A stretch of 64,000 nt of DNA, taken from the human T2T-CHM13v2.0 reference genome, Homo sapiens. The notes below the pieces were generated by a model, which saw only the letters and a program-made list of their open reading frames with translations, had not been told where the DNA came from and made no database searches. The stretch lies in NCBI RefSeq assembly GCF_009914755.1, contig NC_060941.1, one strand, 5' to 3'. Shown one piece after another: positions 1-12,876 of this stretch (within the stretch, counting starts at the first letter, position 1; each line of letters starts with the position of its first letter). The position numbers and the translations under genes were made by a program.

Positions 1-3000
1 AGTCCCCTGTCCTGAGGGGCACGTGGAAAGGAAGGAATCCTGGGACACTCTTAATAGCCTGTGTTTTACTCTCCAGCTCCCAACCTGCCACACGCCTCAA
101 GGTCCGGTTGTCACAGGGCGGTGAGCAGCAGCTGAACTCACATTCCCTGGTGTGCAGCTCTTGCCAGGGGCACCTGAGCAGGAAACTCACCTCTGCCTGA
201 GGGTGTGTGAAAATGTATCTCACTAGTCTTCCGCAGGAACCCAGCGTTCCCGCTCCCTGTTTTCATCCTTCTTGTCCCTGCTTGACTCATGCCTACTCCT
301 TGTTAGAAGAGCAAGAGAACACTTGGACCCCTCCTTGCCGAAAGCCCCTGTCCCTCTCTCCAGACCCACGGACGCAGGAGCCCCAGTGAGACCTCTGGGC
401 GGCTAGAACCTTGGCCCCATTCCCCAGTGTTTGGGAGAAGAGTCGCTGCTTTCTGCAGTCTTCGCAAACACTCTCATTATTCCTTGCTTTTTTGGCATTT
501 GGTCTCGTGTACTGTTCCCATTAGCTTCGGCATTAAAGTCTCATTACTCAGGACATCTGTCCTCTGGACATATTCGTTGTTCCCTTAGCCAAATGTCCTC
601 TTCTGGGAAGCGTGTTTTCCACCCAAACAGCCACTTCTCTCTTCCTTCGCCCTTGCTGTTTCAGTGGGAGGAATATGAATTCTGAAAGGCTTGGCGGAGG
701 GAGGGGGTGGCTGTTAATTTGAAGTGGCATCTGAGAGTCCCTTCAAGAGCCCATCCATCCACTCCTTTCTAAGGTCCTGAGAATATGGATCTTTGCTAGG
801 AGTCAGGCAGGTTGGTGGCCAAACACCATAGGAGCAAAGAAGGGAGTCGCCAGGGGAGTTTTCCCCACTCAGTCCTAGGATCAGGCTCAGATACAATCAC
901 TAGGGAATTCTGACCTTAGTCACTGCTGTTGGACGGCTTTGACTGAAGGTGAGACTCCTCTTAATCCATCTCCCTGCAGCGACAGGGCATGTGGCTGGCT
1001 CAAAAGCTGAGGCTGCTCCAGAACTTGGGGAAGAATCTGGATTCCACCTTCCCTGTTGGACTCATAGTTAGCTGTTTCTGACTTTTTGCTGCATCTTGAG
1101 AAACTTGCCTGAAGTTTCCCAGGAATGGTGTCCCATAGTCTTGGGAGACTATTTATGCAATGGGAAATATCAATGCGTTTCAGTGCTCAGATAATCAACA
1201 GCCAGCTTCTTACCCAGCCTCAAGCATTCGCGAAGAAGAATATATCGGGCTTTTGAGCCGAGGATCTCTTACACCTCTCCCTTGCTTTTAAGTCACATCA
1301 TTAAAATGTTTCTTCGTGTCACTTTCGGTGTTCTGTCCACTGCTGTGTCTTCTCCGTCTGTCCTTGTTTTGATTCCTGTTCACTTCTGTCGAGCTGTGTT
1401 CCTTCTCCCCTCTCCGTCCGACTTGCCTTCTTGAACTTGTCCTGCCACAACTTCATTAAGCCGCATCGATTTAGATGCCACTAATTCAAAATTTATCCAA
1501 ATTGGACCTGGGCAAAGTTTTTTTTTTTTTTCTTTGTCTGATAAAAATCTGTGATGAACAGATTAATAGCTCAAACAAGACTGCAGAGATTTCACAGGGG
1601 ACATACACCGTGGAGAAGGTTAGATTGTTTACAGGCGGGCTCTTAGTAGACAGTTGGCATGTTAATTCCAAATCATTCTTATCTATTCATTGAAGTAGCT
1701 CTTCGAAGATCAATTTTATTTTATTTTTTTAGTTGAGTTTGAAATCCTGCATTGGCCCGGGAAGCAGTAAAAATGCATTTCCTTTAAAGTGTTTTGGAAT
1801 TTTTATGTCTGTTTCGTTGATAGGGATTAGCCTGCCCTTATTTCTACTGAATTGGTGATGCTTGACTGGAAGCTGCTTCAAATCTCCTTTGCAATTCCCT
1901 CTGGGGGTTCCTGCTAATTTTCCCTCTTCTTGTTTCTTTTCTTTTTCTATTTCCTTGAGTTTTTAGAATCCAACTCTCTCTCTTTCGGCTTTGAGAATTC
2001 ATGTTATAAACTTCGCCACATCCTTGTGCTCGCTTTTCTGCTTCTTGCCACAGTCATAACCAGCTGGGCCTGAGAGGTTATGGATCTGGAGGCAGACTTT
2101 GGAAAACTTGTCCGGACTTCGAGCCCTGCCTTGGCTCTCTCTGTGGTTCTCTCTCAGTGGCCTAAGGACTCTTGCTTGTGAATCACCATTCCCAACACCA
2201 CTGTTTGGATTGAGGAGACAGCATCACACCTACTGTAGGAAGTGGTAGGAGGCCCTTAGCCAGCAGCCCTGCTCCTTATAGAAAAGAACTTTGACTTGCT
2301 TCTCTTAGTCTGCTTATGTGGCTCTCAAGGGACATCTAGCAAAGCCTTCTTTCACCTTTGGAGGTTGTCATCCATCTTTCCCTGCCTTAGAGCATTTCCT
2401 GGGAGCTGAGCTACAAGACAGAGTAATCCCAACTCTGTCACTTTCTGTCTTGATGACCTTGGGTGAGTCCCTTGGCCCCTCTGCTGTGGGATGTGAGCTG
2501 TAGTGTTGTGGAAGTGTGTTCTTCTTTGGCCCATTCTGCCCTCAGCACACCTGAAAGATACATGCTGACACAGTCCACATCTATACTTACAGGTTCAACA
2601 GCTCTGGGATGTGGGAGGAGATGTATTTTCCTTGCATACGCCACTCAGATAAGAATGTTGTCTGCAAGTGGCCTTGTGAGGATGCTGCTTTTAGCATCTT
2701 CGACTCATAGGATCTCTTGGTAGAAGAGGACTTATGAGGCATTTTAGTGACTCTCTCTTTTGGCACCACCTGCCCCTCCTCTCATGCACAGCAAGTGGCC
2801 ATCCATGCGTCTAGGGCAGGGCTGCCCCTACCTCTGGAGGCAGTTGGTCTATTGTTAGGATGCAATTCTAGTTGATTCTCATGGGGAGCCAAAATTACTT
2901 CTTTGGCCTGAGATCCACTTCCTGGAGTAACTCAGAAGGAGTGTATCCTTTCTTTTGCAGGATGGCAAAACATCTGTTTGAAGATGGCATTCAAGGCCCA

Positions 3001-3286
3001 CATTCAGTCTTCCCTTCTCCCTAATAAATAGGCACTCCTAGTTAAGAGTCTGTCCTCATGGGACGTGGGTTCAACTTCACACTGGGGCAGAGGCTGTCCA
3101 CCCAGAAATGGGGTTATAATTCTATGGTAAAACCCCAAAGGAGATTTCTAAGAGCAACATGTGGATCTCAGTAATTCAGATGCAACTTAAAGATCTGGTT
3201 TCTTCTGGGAAGTTCTTTGGTCTGCAGCCCTACACAGCAGCTTTGCTTTGTGGCAGGGATCCATCTCCCATACCACTATGTCAACA

Positions 3287-3395
3287 GGACAGGAGTGTTT
3301 GCCTGTTTTGTTTACACCTGTATTCTAGTGCCCAGAGTAGTGCCTGGCACAGAGTAGGTGCTTAAGAAATATAACTGAATGACAGGCTGAATACA
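3287..3395 (+). mobile_element. L2 3' end fragment
   Basis: agtgcctggcacagagtaggtgcttaagaaatata...gaatga is typical of the L2 3' terminus. Confidence 0.7.
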
Positions 3396-4089
3396 TGAGT
3401 TAAAGTCAGTAGAAATTAAAGTGGTCTTTTTTGTGTACCCTGCCCTTCTGATATTTGCATTAGTGTGAAGATCCTTGAGTAGGGAAATGACAATAATGTT
3501 TCTAATTGTTTTAAAGAAGGAAGAGAAAAATGAAGGGAGGAGGGAGGAAAGAAGGAAAGAAAAGGAAGAAAGAAAAAGAGAGGGAGGGAGAAAGAATAAA
3601 TAACTGAATCTTTTACAGAACGTGTTGCCCTGGCCAGTTTGATCTGTTTGCCCTTCTGTGTCCCATTTGACTCCTGATTTCTTTTGCTCAAGCTGTGAAT
3701 ACCTTCATTTGCAGCGGGGCTTCATCTGGATACTTCTTTGCAGGCTAGTGGAAGCAAATCCATGGTGACCTGGCGGGAAGGAACAGGCTCTCTTTGCCTT
3801 TGGCTGTCAAAGTCCAAGTTCAGGGTTCAGCAGAAACGGGTGTGTGGTCATATGGATTTCCATCCTTAAGCCGGAGTGGGAAATATGGGGCGTGGATGGT
3901 CCCTTCCAGGATGACCCACGGCCACAGCTGTGCTGTGTGGCTCCCCCACCACACCAAGAGTGTTGCCAGTTTGGCATAACTGCACCAGTCCTCTAAGACT
4001 CTCCTCTTCTGCCTATGCTTTTGTTGTGGTCCTATAGGCTGAGCCGATGTAGATATTAGGAGGTTGTAGACATTTGGATTTATTTATTA

Positions 4090-4357
4090 GTCAAATATTT
4101 ATGTAAGTGCTTAATAGGTGCCAGGCTCCTTGTAAGCCTCGTAAGCACTTTACAACTATTACATCATTTAATCCTTATGATAACCCTAAGAGGCAGACAT
4201 TATTTTTTGCCTCATTATTTTGGTCTTATTTTTTCAACAAGGTCACAGAGCTACGGGACACTTAAGTAGCTTGCTAACAACCGCCAAGTGGCCAGCATTC
4301 CAACTTAGGCTTTCTGGCTTGAGAATCTCAGTGTGTGGCCATTAGGCTGTGCTGCCT
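4090..4357 (-). mobile_element. MIR SINE
   Basis: aagcactttaca...catttaatccttatgataaccctaagagg...aaggtcacagagct matches the MIR core in antisense. Confidence 0.7.
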
Positions 4358-4417
4358 ACGTGTTGCCTCACTTCCAGGTTTAGGTCTGAGCCCATTGCAA
4401 ATAAAGAAAATAACACC

Positions 4418-4720
<303 letters not shown>

Positions 4721-5583
4721 AACGCCAACAATCACAAGAATCGTAATGGCAGCAGCAGCCCATTTGCACCTTGTACACAGGTACAGTTATGAACTCATCT
4801 GTCCCCTGGTTGACCATATGGCCCTGCTACCAAATCTTGGTAGCATTTTTTGGTTTCCCAGCTTCCAATAATAATAGGTGCACCTGACACATCCACGTTT
4901 TCAACGAATTCTCAGACAATCCAAGTATTTCTGAAAAGTCTGGGTTTGATATTGACGCTACCACATTTCTCAGGCCTGGGGGAATTTTCATATGATTAAT
5001 GTAAGGAACGGAGTATGTGAAGATGATGCTGTTAGGATTGAATTGGGCCCCCAGGGGATGCACATCTACTCTCTACCTGGCTCCCGGCTGGCCTAGTGAC
5101 AGCGCCAGGACAGGCACCCACTGGGATGGAGAAACTCGCTCGGCTTGCCTGAAAAACAAAACAGGCAGGCCGTGCCTTCCCTCACTGAGTCCTGCGATGT
5201 TTATTGGCCATGATGAATTTCAATTGTGCTGGGGACAACTCAGACCTGCAGAACAGCTCAATGCAGATGCACAGACATTGTTAACACAACAAATGAGATC
5301 TCCACAGCCGTTCTGAGCCTCTCTGTATGAGGAGAGCAGTCTTGTGCACACACAAAGCCAGCAGCTGTGTTTTTCAAGTGGACTCCGAGAGAACCGGTAA
5401 TAGGGAAAACTAAATTAAGCCGTTCTCCTTGGTCCATGTTTGTTAAAAATACATTCATTTCAATTGTCCTGGCTACATATTTTAGACAATGGAAGCACTC
5501 CGACTGTCCAGTAGGTAAGTGTGAGATGAGGTTAAAGAGGACACCAACAGTTCTTAAGAGGTCATTATCAAGTAAAATCACAG

Positions 5584-5935
5584 GGGCGGATGTAGTGGCT
5601 TAAACCTATCATTCCAGCACTTTGGGAGGCTGAGGGAGGCAGATTGCCTGAGTTTCGGAGTCCGAGACCAGCCTGAGCAACATGGTGAAACTCTGTCTCT
5701 ACAAAAAATTAAAAAATTAGCTGGGTGTGGTGGTGCTTGCCTATAGTATCAGCTACTGGGGAGGCTGAGGTGGGAGGATCGCTTGAGCCCAGGAAGCCGA
5801 GGCTGCAGCGAGCCGTGATCTCACCACTGCACTGCAGCCTGGGCGACCGTGTGAGATCCTGTCTCAAAAAAAAAAAAAGAAAAAAAGAAAAGAAAAGAAA
5901 GGAAAGAAGGAAGGCAGGAAGGGAAGAAAGAGGAA
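5584..5935 (+). mobile_element. AluJ with A/GAAA-rich tail
   Basis: Right arm ggaggatcgcttgagcccagg...ggctgcag is J-diagnostic; poly(A) runs into (GAAA/GGAA)n. Confidence 0.9.
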
Positions 5936-7135
5936 AAGCTCAGTTATCTGGGACTCAAATAACCCATATCCTTTATTTAACTGGAATAAAGTATCTACAT
6001 TCTGCTTTCAAGAGAAATACAAAAGAATTAGCTATCAGAGACTTACCTAAAGGAAACAAAAACAAGCAATTTCCACCATCTGTCTTGTAGTTTTTATATG
6101 AACAGTTCCATTTCCTAGACTGTCTACATATTACTTAGGTTTTCATCTGTGAAGAGAACTAAAGATTAGACTGATGGCCCTCTTGTGAAGAACCTTGAAT
6201 TTTATAAAAAAATTAATTATATTCAGTATACTTAATTAGGCAGGAATGCTTTTAGAAAGTTCTTCAAAAACAAGAGTGTTCTCATTAGTCCTTAGAAATA
6301 AGAACATTAACCAGAATAGCTTATTCACGGAATAGTTCATCTATTTGGCCTTTTATCATACTTATCCAACAGCATCATTTTCTTCCTACCATCCCGAAAA
6401 GAGAAAGGGCATGATTAGGGCTCGAAACTATCCAGTTTGCCTTGCATTTGGCACAGAATAACTTACTGAATAATAGCTGAGCTTGTTTTCTCCTTTCCAC
6501 AGCATTTAGACAGCTCAGAAATCCAGAGACGTGGCAGAGGCCGAAGGTTTGTTTCCATTGCACCACTTCAGTGAGCAGCAGTATTCATGGGGTCCTCATG
6601 GAGGGCATGTTGATTGAGATTTAAAAGAATTACCAGGTGAACTAAGGGGCTCTAGGTTCCCCCACTTAATTTGGGGGGAACTAAGTTTGACCATCTGTTC
6701 AGCGAATGAAGATTGGGACAAAAAATAATCCAAGTTTTCATTTTGGTGCTCTTTCACCATATTTATTTTAAAATTTGAAAACTCCATGAAGTCCAGGGAC
6801 AGCTGGGTAGATCCTGCCAGACTACTGGGAAATGCTTGGAGGAACAGGGCCCTCACTTCCCACTGGCCTTATGCAGAGCAGGGGTCTGGTGAAGTATATT
6901 GGTGTTCTAGTCAGGATTTCATTTGGCAAAAAAGATGGCTGCTAAAATAGTGTAAAAGGTTGTAGAGCTGTTGATGTGAATGACACACTAAGGTGAATAG
7001 CACTGAGCAGTTCAGCCACAGCTGAGTTCTTAGGTCTGGGTAGGTCTTTGCCCCAACGATTAAACACTCTCTAAAATCTTGTGTTCAGGGACCATTACAG
7101 GGACATAGTAGGTGAAGAAGACAAATGTGACTAAG

Positions 7136-7408
7136 TGGATGGATGGATGGAGTGTTGGGTGGAGGGATGAATGGAGGAATGGATGAATGGATGGAGAGTT
7201 GGATGGAAGGATGAAGTCTTCAATGATGGATGGAGTGTTTTATGGATTGGTGGATAGAGTGTTGGATGGATGGATGAGGGGATGAATTGGGGGAGATGGA
7301 TATAATTTTGGATAGATAGGAGGTGACTGGATGGTTGGGATATGGGATGGAAAGAGGGAGGGAAGGATGAATGGAGGGAGGGAGAGATGGGTGGCTAGAT
7401 GGATGGAT
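7136..7408. repeat. Degenerate (TGGA)n simple repeat
   Basis: Repeated tggatggatgga/ggatgaatgg units. Confidence 0.85.
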
Positions 7409-7454
7409 AATCCAGTGGTATATAGTCAGCCCCTGTAGTTTAACCTACCTATGT

Positions 7455-7650
7455 TTGGAATGTGAATTCAGCACTTACTAGCTGTGTGACCTTGGGTAAC
7501 ATACATAACCTCTAAAAGTTTTCATTTTCTTAACAACGAAATAGGGCTACCGATGGCACATCCCTTGTAAGAGCATTCTGAGAAATATATGATCCAATGC
7601 ATGTAAGAGCCACTGTCTGGGACATAGTAATCACTCAATAAATGATAGTC
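7455..7650 (+). mobile_element. MIR SINE
   Basis: cacttactagctgtgtgaccttgggtaa...acatagtaatcactcaataaatgatag. Confidence 0.8.
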
Positions 7651-8054
7651 TTTAATATCTCGAGCAGACAAGACTGTGAGGCAAAGTTATGAACAAGGTT
7701 TTGTTTATTTTTCTGTTGTTAAGGGAAATCACTTGCCATTTTAAGCACTAGTTCATATCCTGAATGCAGGTGGTAACACGTTAAAATGTTGACTGGGCTT
7801 GGTCCCTGCAGGTGTTGAGATAACTAAGCACTTACGGAAATTCAGATACACTTTCATTCCCTCAGGACCACTGACAACAATAACCAAGGTTTTAAGCAAA
7901 TACATAATTGGTATTGAACTGAATCACTCATTTACTAATTGTTTCTCCATGCCCAAATATTAACTGGCATTTGCTAAATTAGCTGACCCAGCTGGAGGGA
8001 CCAGGAAGACTCATTAAAGCTGATGATTTGTAGGAAGTGAAATGTATGTAAGAG

Positions 8055-8285
8055 GCAGTCCCAGTGAACAGAAGGATGCCTGGGCTCAAGTCAGAAGCCT
8101 TGAAGTTAAATCCCTGTTCCAATATGTGTTAGTACTGGAATTAGCCTGAACCTCAGTTCCTTGTTAAAAATTGTGGTAATAATAGCTGCAAAGGTCACAG
8201 GGATAGGATGGGAATCACATGAGACAGGGCAGGTGAATGCATCGAGAAATTATTAAGTGCTATCCAAATGTAAGATGATACTTTT
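8055..8285 (+). mobile_element. MIR/MIR3 SINE, degraded
   Basis: ctgaacctcagttccttg...gtaataatag...aagtgctatccaaatgtaag. Confidence 0.6.
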
Positions 8286-8674
8286 GCTATTAAGGTGATT
8301 AATACACAATACCAAGTACTGAAGAAAGCTTAAGTTTCCTGGCCTGATCACAATGACTGTTTTCCCTGATCAGATTTGCTGCCTGATTAATTTACTCTCC
8401 CCTGCTCACCACACACCCGAGAAAGCCAAGAAATAGACAGAAGGGAGCATCAAACCTAGGCAATAATCCAGATAATTCAGGCAAAAGAATTCTTTTGTTT
8501 GATATATCAGATATTGCAGCAAAAAGGGCTCGCTGTGGGTGGGGGATGGTTGGAAGGAGCATACTACTAAGGTGACTCTTCACTTCAGATTCCTAAATCA
8601 GACACATCTGTCGTCCACATGGGGGGTGACAGGGCCCTGCTGACAGCCTGTCCTGTCCCGAGTCCCTCACTTGG

Positions 8675-9095
8675 CCGTCTCTGTGTCTCTCTCCGTCTGA
8701 CTCTTCCCCTCCGAATGTCTCTCTCTGACCCCCTTTCCCTGTCTCTTCTGAATCGCATTTTATCTCTGGATTTCCCTTTGGTTCTCTGTGGCTTACTCTC
8801 CCTCTTGCTCTTCCTACCTGCTTGCCTGTCCCTCAGACTCTGCCTCCTCTCCTCTCTCTGTCTCCTGGTGCCTGTCACTTTCACTAACTCTCTTCTCTGA
8901 ACCTTCCCTGCTCTCTCTTGCTTGGGGTTTCAGACCCCCTCTCACTCTCCTTCTGTCTCCTTGGCTCCATCTCCCATTTCTCTCCTCTCTCCACCTGTTT
9001 TCTCTCCTCTCTTTCTCTCTGGACCTCTGCCCCCAGCCCTCCCTTTCTCTCCCTCTCTGTTTGCTACTGTCTCACTCTCCCTGTTGTTCTCTCAG
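8675..9095. repeat. CT-rich low-complexity polypyrimidine tract (~420 bp)
   Basis: Dominated by ctctct/tctcc/cctg on the + strand, with very few AG dinucleotides. Confidence 0.85.
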
Positions 9096-9699
9096 ATGCT
9101 GGAAGCTGCTGCCCACTCTTTTGCAAAATCTGCTGTGCTGTTCCTCAGTGACCAATTTTCTTTCCTACGGTTAGAAAGTAGCTCAGGCCTTAACCCATTT
9201 CCTCCGGCATATTCAAGTTAATTAGGTGAGACCAGAATCGCACATTTCAGAACTAGAATAATATTTATTGAGCACCCTGGAGAGAAGGGGATGGAAGATG
9301 GAGAGGAACCAGAGCAAGGAGGGGGGTCACCAATGGAGGGAGGGGGAGGGGGAGTAGGCAGAGGGACTCACTCTTAAGGCCACGTGGTCTGGGAATGAGG
9401 GCTTCCTTCCTAGTTGCCAGAGGGTACTGGGAAAGGAAGGATCCTGGAGAATGGTCACACATGGGTGTGGGACCAGGAGCATTTCCATAGCTGCCATGCA
9501 CTTTACAACATGTGGCAGGGTTCCCATCCTTAGGTAGCCTGTCAGGCAACCCTTGTTTGAGAAACACCTTTTGCTGTACACCCCTCTCTCTTGGCTGTGC
9601 TGACCAGCTCAGTGCAGCCCACTGGGCATCAGGAGCCCTCTCCCAGAAGATACATCGCATAGCGCAAGCTGCTTTCTTCTTTTCTCACATGACCTAGAG

Positions 9700-10400
9700 A
9701 CAGCCCCTGGTAACCACAGTTCTGCTTTCTGTCTTTACGGATTTACCTAACTGGGTATGTTACAGAAGCATGGTCTTTTATGGTGTGCTTCTTTCACTTA
9801 GCATGATGTTTTCAAGGTCCATCCATGTGATAGCAGGTATCAGTATGCCTTTTTTAAATGACTGAATAATATTCCATTGTGTGAATAGACCACATTTTGT
9901 TTTTCCTTTCAGCAGTTGATGGACTTTTGGGTTGTATCTACCCTTTGGCTGTTATTAATACTGCTGCTATGAACCTTTGTACACAAGTTTAATGCAACAT
10001 ATATTTTTCATTGTTCTTGGGAATACCTAGGAGTAGATTTGCTGGGCCATATGTTAATTCTGCGTTTAAGGAACATTGCAGTTTTGAGGAGCTGCTAAAC
10101 TGTTTACCAAAGGGATTGCAGGGTTTTCCATTTCCACCAGTAGTGTATGAAGGCTCCAATTTCTCTACCTCCTTGCCAATACTTGGTATTATGTGGCTTT
10201 TTGGTTATAGCTATCCTAGTGTGTATGAAAAGGTATCTCAGTGTGATTTACAGTTTTGGGACTAATATCTAGGTATATAATCCATTTTGAGTTAGTTTTT
10301 TATATGGTGTGAGGTAAGGATCCAACTCCCTTCTTTTTCATGTGGCGATCCAGTCAGTTGTCCCAGGACCATTTTGTGAAGAAACTATTCTTTCCCCCAC
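9700..10400 (-). mobile_element. Old L1 (L1MB-like) 3' region
   Basis: cttctttcacttagcatgatgttttcaaggtccatccatgtg...gaataatattccattgtgtg...gttgatggac are antisense L1M 3'UTR/ORF2-end motifs. Confidence 0.85.
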
Positions 10401-11571
10401 AATTTACTCAGATGCATTTTTAAACTGCTGCAGTTGTCACTTTTCATGGGGGCAGAGTGTTGGAGCTGGACTCCTGGTAAGAGGGAAGCCTTGGGGTGGG
10501 CAGGGCCCCACCCATCAGAGACACCCCTCGAGAAGATGGAATAGTCTTTGCCTGGCATGTGCAAAACGGGAGTGCATTGAGGACTGGGGACCTGGATCTG
10601 AAGTGACAGTATCCAGGTGTAGTTTCTTGTGGCTGTCCACACTCATCTGTTTCCCACTGCCAGTGGGTATCTCACATGTCACACCCACAGAGGGCATCCT
10701 GTTTGAAAGCAAATAGGAGAGCGATTCCCCCTAAATTATGAACCCCTAGATGGCAGGAATTGGGTCCCATTGATCTGTGTCTCTTCAATGACTGATGCAT
10801 GCTGAATCGTCAGTCAATGCATGTTTGGTTGTTGAAGCTAGGCGCTGAGTTAACAAAAGCTGCTTTCTCTGAGTAACTGGACCTCTTGCAGGGGGGCGGG
10901 TCTCTCCTGCTATGGCAGAGTCTCTGCCTGTCTCTCTTTCTTCCTGTGTATTTTTCCCCTGTGTTTGTGATTGCTCCCTCCTCTAAACTCCAGTTGTCTT
11001 CAATGTCTGCACCATCCACGTGTTTTGATTTTTATCTTTTCATCTCTATGTCCTGTCTTTGCAGCTCAATCACACCCTTCCTTGATAGCAGGAGCTGTGT
11101 GTTGTACTTATTTGGGTCTCCAGTATCTAGTACATGATACTCAGTGTGTAGTTTTGGATGATGAAGTGGTCCCCTGATATTAGTGACCTGCTGCTGAATT
11201 TGAGGCCGATGGTTTCAGCCCTTCACCATAGTGGCATTCCACTGGCCAGCTGCTATAGATACCTGCCTGGCATAGGTGGATATTTGGGGAGCCAGTATTT
11301 TGAAAGGGCTCAGAGTTTACTGATGTGAAATAAATTAAAGAAAGAAACCGTAGTCCCAGCCTTTTAGTCTGTACCTCCAGGCATGGTAACCTTTACCCTG
11401 TGTCCCCCCTGAGACCAACACCAGATGTAGCTGACTATTGAGAGCTGAATGCTGTCTCTGTCTCTTCCTGCATCTCTGTAAATCAAAGGGCATATGAAAG
11501 TAAGCCAACTCCCCTCATGGTTGTGCACACCTGCTCAGTGAATCTCATTATGTGATCTCCTCCTTGTTTAG

Positions 11572-11732
11572 GGCTCTGGCTGACATCTTAAGACAACAGG
11601 GACCAATCCCCATAGCACACTGTGAAAGAGAAACTATCTCGGCTATCGATACCTCTCCCAAAGAGAACACGCCGGTCAGATCGTCCTCCAAAAACCACTA
11701 CACTCCTGTGCGTACGGCCAAGCAGACTCCAG
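11572..11732 (+). CDS. SHISA6: SHISA6 (CKAMP52) internal coding exon 2, 161 bp, phase 2 in / phase 1 out; juxtamembrane cytoplasmic region
   Basis: Acceptor ctcctccttgtttag|G (AG 11570-11571), branch-like CTCAT at 11544-11548, consensus donor CAG|GTAAGT after 11732. The open frame (ORF track 11552..11740) gives ALADILRQQGPIPIAHCERETISAIDTSPKENTPVRSSSKNHYTPVRTAKQTP, matching SHISA6 as I recall it (...REMNIHRALADILRQQGPIP...KQTP). Confidence 0.95.
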
Positions 11733-12399
11733 GTAAGTAACAGCTGGGCACCTTGATTCTTTGCTGAGGCTGGTGAGAGGTTTCAGGATGTTTCTGCTCT
11801 GGTGGGGCAGGTTGTGGACCATGATGGTGTGATGAGGGACTCTCATGGACAGGCAGGCTGGCAAAAGATTTTTGGGACTCTCTCCCTGGGGTGAGTTTGG
11901 AATGGGCAAGACTGCTGCCGGTCAGTGTCTGGGCTGGATGAGGACTGACAATTTCAGGCACTTGTGACCTAGTGAGTGGTTGGTATAATTCTCTTACCGG
12001 AAAAGGAGCTTGCAGCATCCATAGCAGGGTATGGCCATCCATTCGCCCACGTGGTGGGAAACTTTAGGCTGAGTAGGATGCTAGATATGTGACAAGAAAT
12101 TACTGTACCCCAATGTAGAGCCTGCTCAACTATTGGGATCTCAAAGAGCTCCTTCCTGAGGGTGAGAATTAACATCTGTATTTTTGAGTGACCTTTTCCT
12201 GTGCTCTGTAGATTCCCTGGATGTATGATGAGTTGCCATAAAATAACAATATGCCTTTTACTTTTTGTACTTATCATAGCTATAACTGTGAAGAAAATGG
12301 CAGGGCTTATTTTCCTTGTCTTACGGGTCAATATATGCAGCTCAAAGAAATTTAGTAACTTGAACAAGGTCACTGAGATGTTAATAATAATTAAAAAAT

Positions 12400-12615
12400 C
12401 AGTAATAACAGTAATATAACCTAAATATTTATTGGAATCTTGTTCTGTGCCAAGAGTCATGCTGAGCCTTTTACATATATTTTCTTATTTATTCTCCACA
12501 GCAATCTTAGAAGTACTTATATTATCCCCATTTTGTGTGAGGAATGGAAAGGTTAAGTAACTTTCCCAAGGTCACGTGATTAGTAAGAGAGAAAAACAAG
12601 ATTCAAGCCAAGGCA
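12400..12615 (-). mobile_element. MIR SINE
   Basis: attatccccattttg...gaggaa...aggttaagtaactttcccaaggtcac. Confidence 0.8.
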
Positions 12616-12876
12616 AATAGTTAACAACAGTAAGAACTAGGAAACCGTAATATCCTTACCCAGTTAAGGGTATGAATCCAAAATATCTGAGTGGACAGTC
12701 TCCTTAACAAGTACAGCTTGGGAAGTCATCTCTTGTAGTGAGTGTTTCCAGATAGCCTCTTACTGGTACTAATCCTAGTCCCAGAGAAAGCTTTTACTTT
12801 GATGCTTGGATCTGAAATCTGCACATCTATTGCTCAACAGTTTTCAGAGGATGGGCAATGTGATCTGAACTAAACC

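Noticed and set aside
9269-9289. REST/NRSE-like TTGAGCACCCTGGAGAG
   Set aside because: Mismatches at key positions (TCAG and GGACAG), and it derives from a common L2-type tttattgagcacc motif.
10789-10823. Two TGCATG (RBFOX) motifs with a small hairpin ~750 nt upstream of exon 2
   Set aside because: They lie in L2-like sequence, far from the exon, with no evidence of function; plausible by chance.
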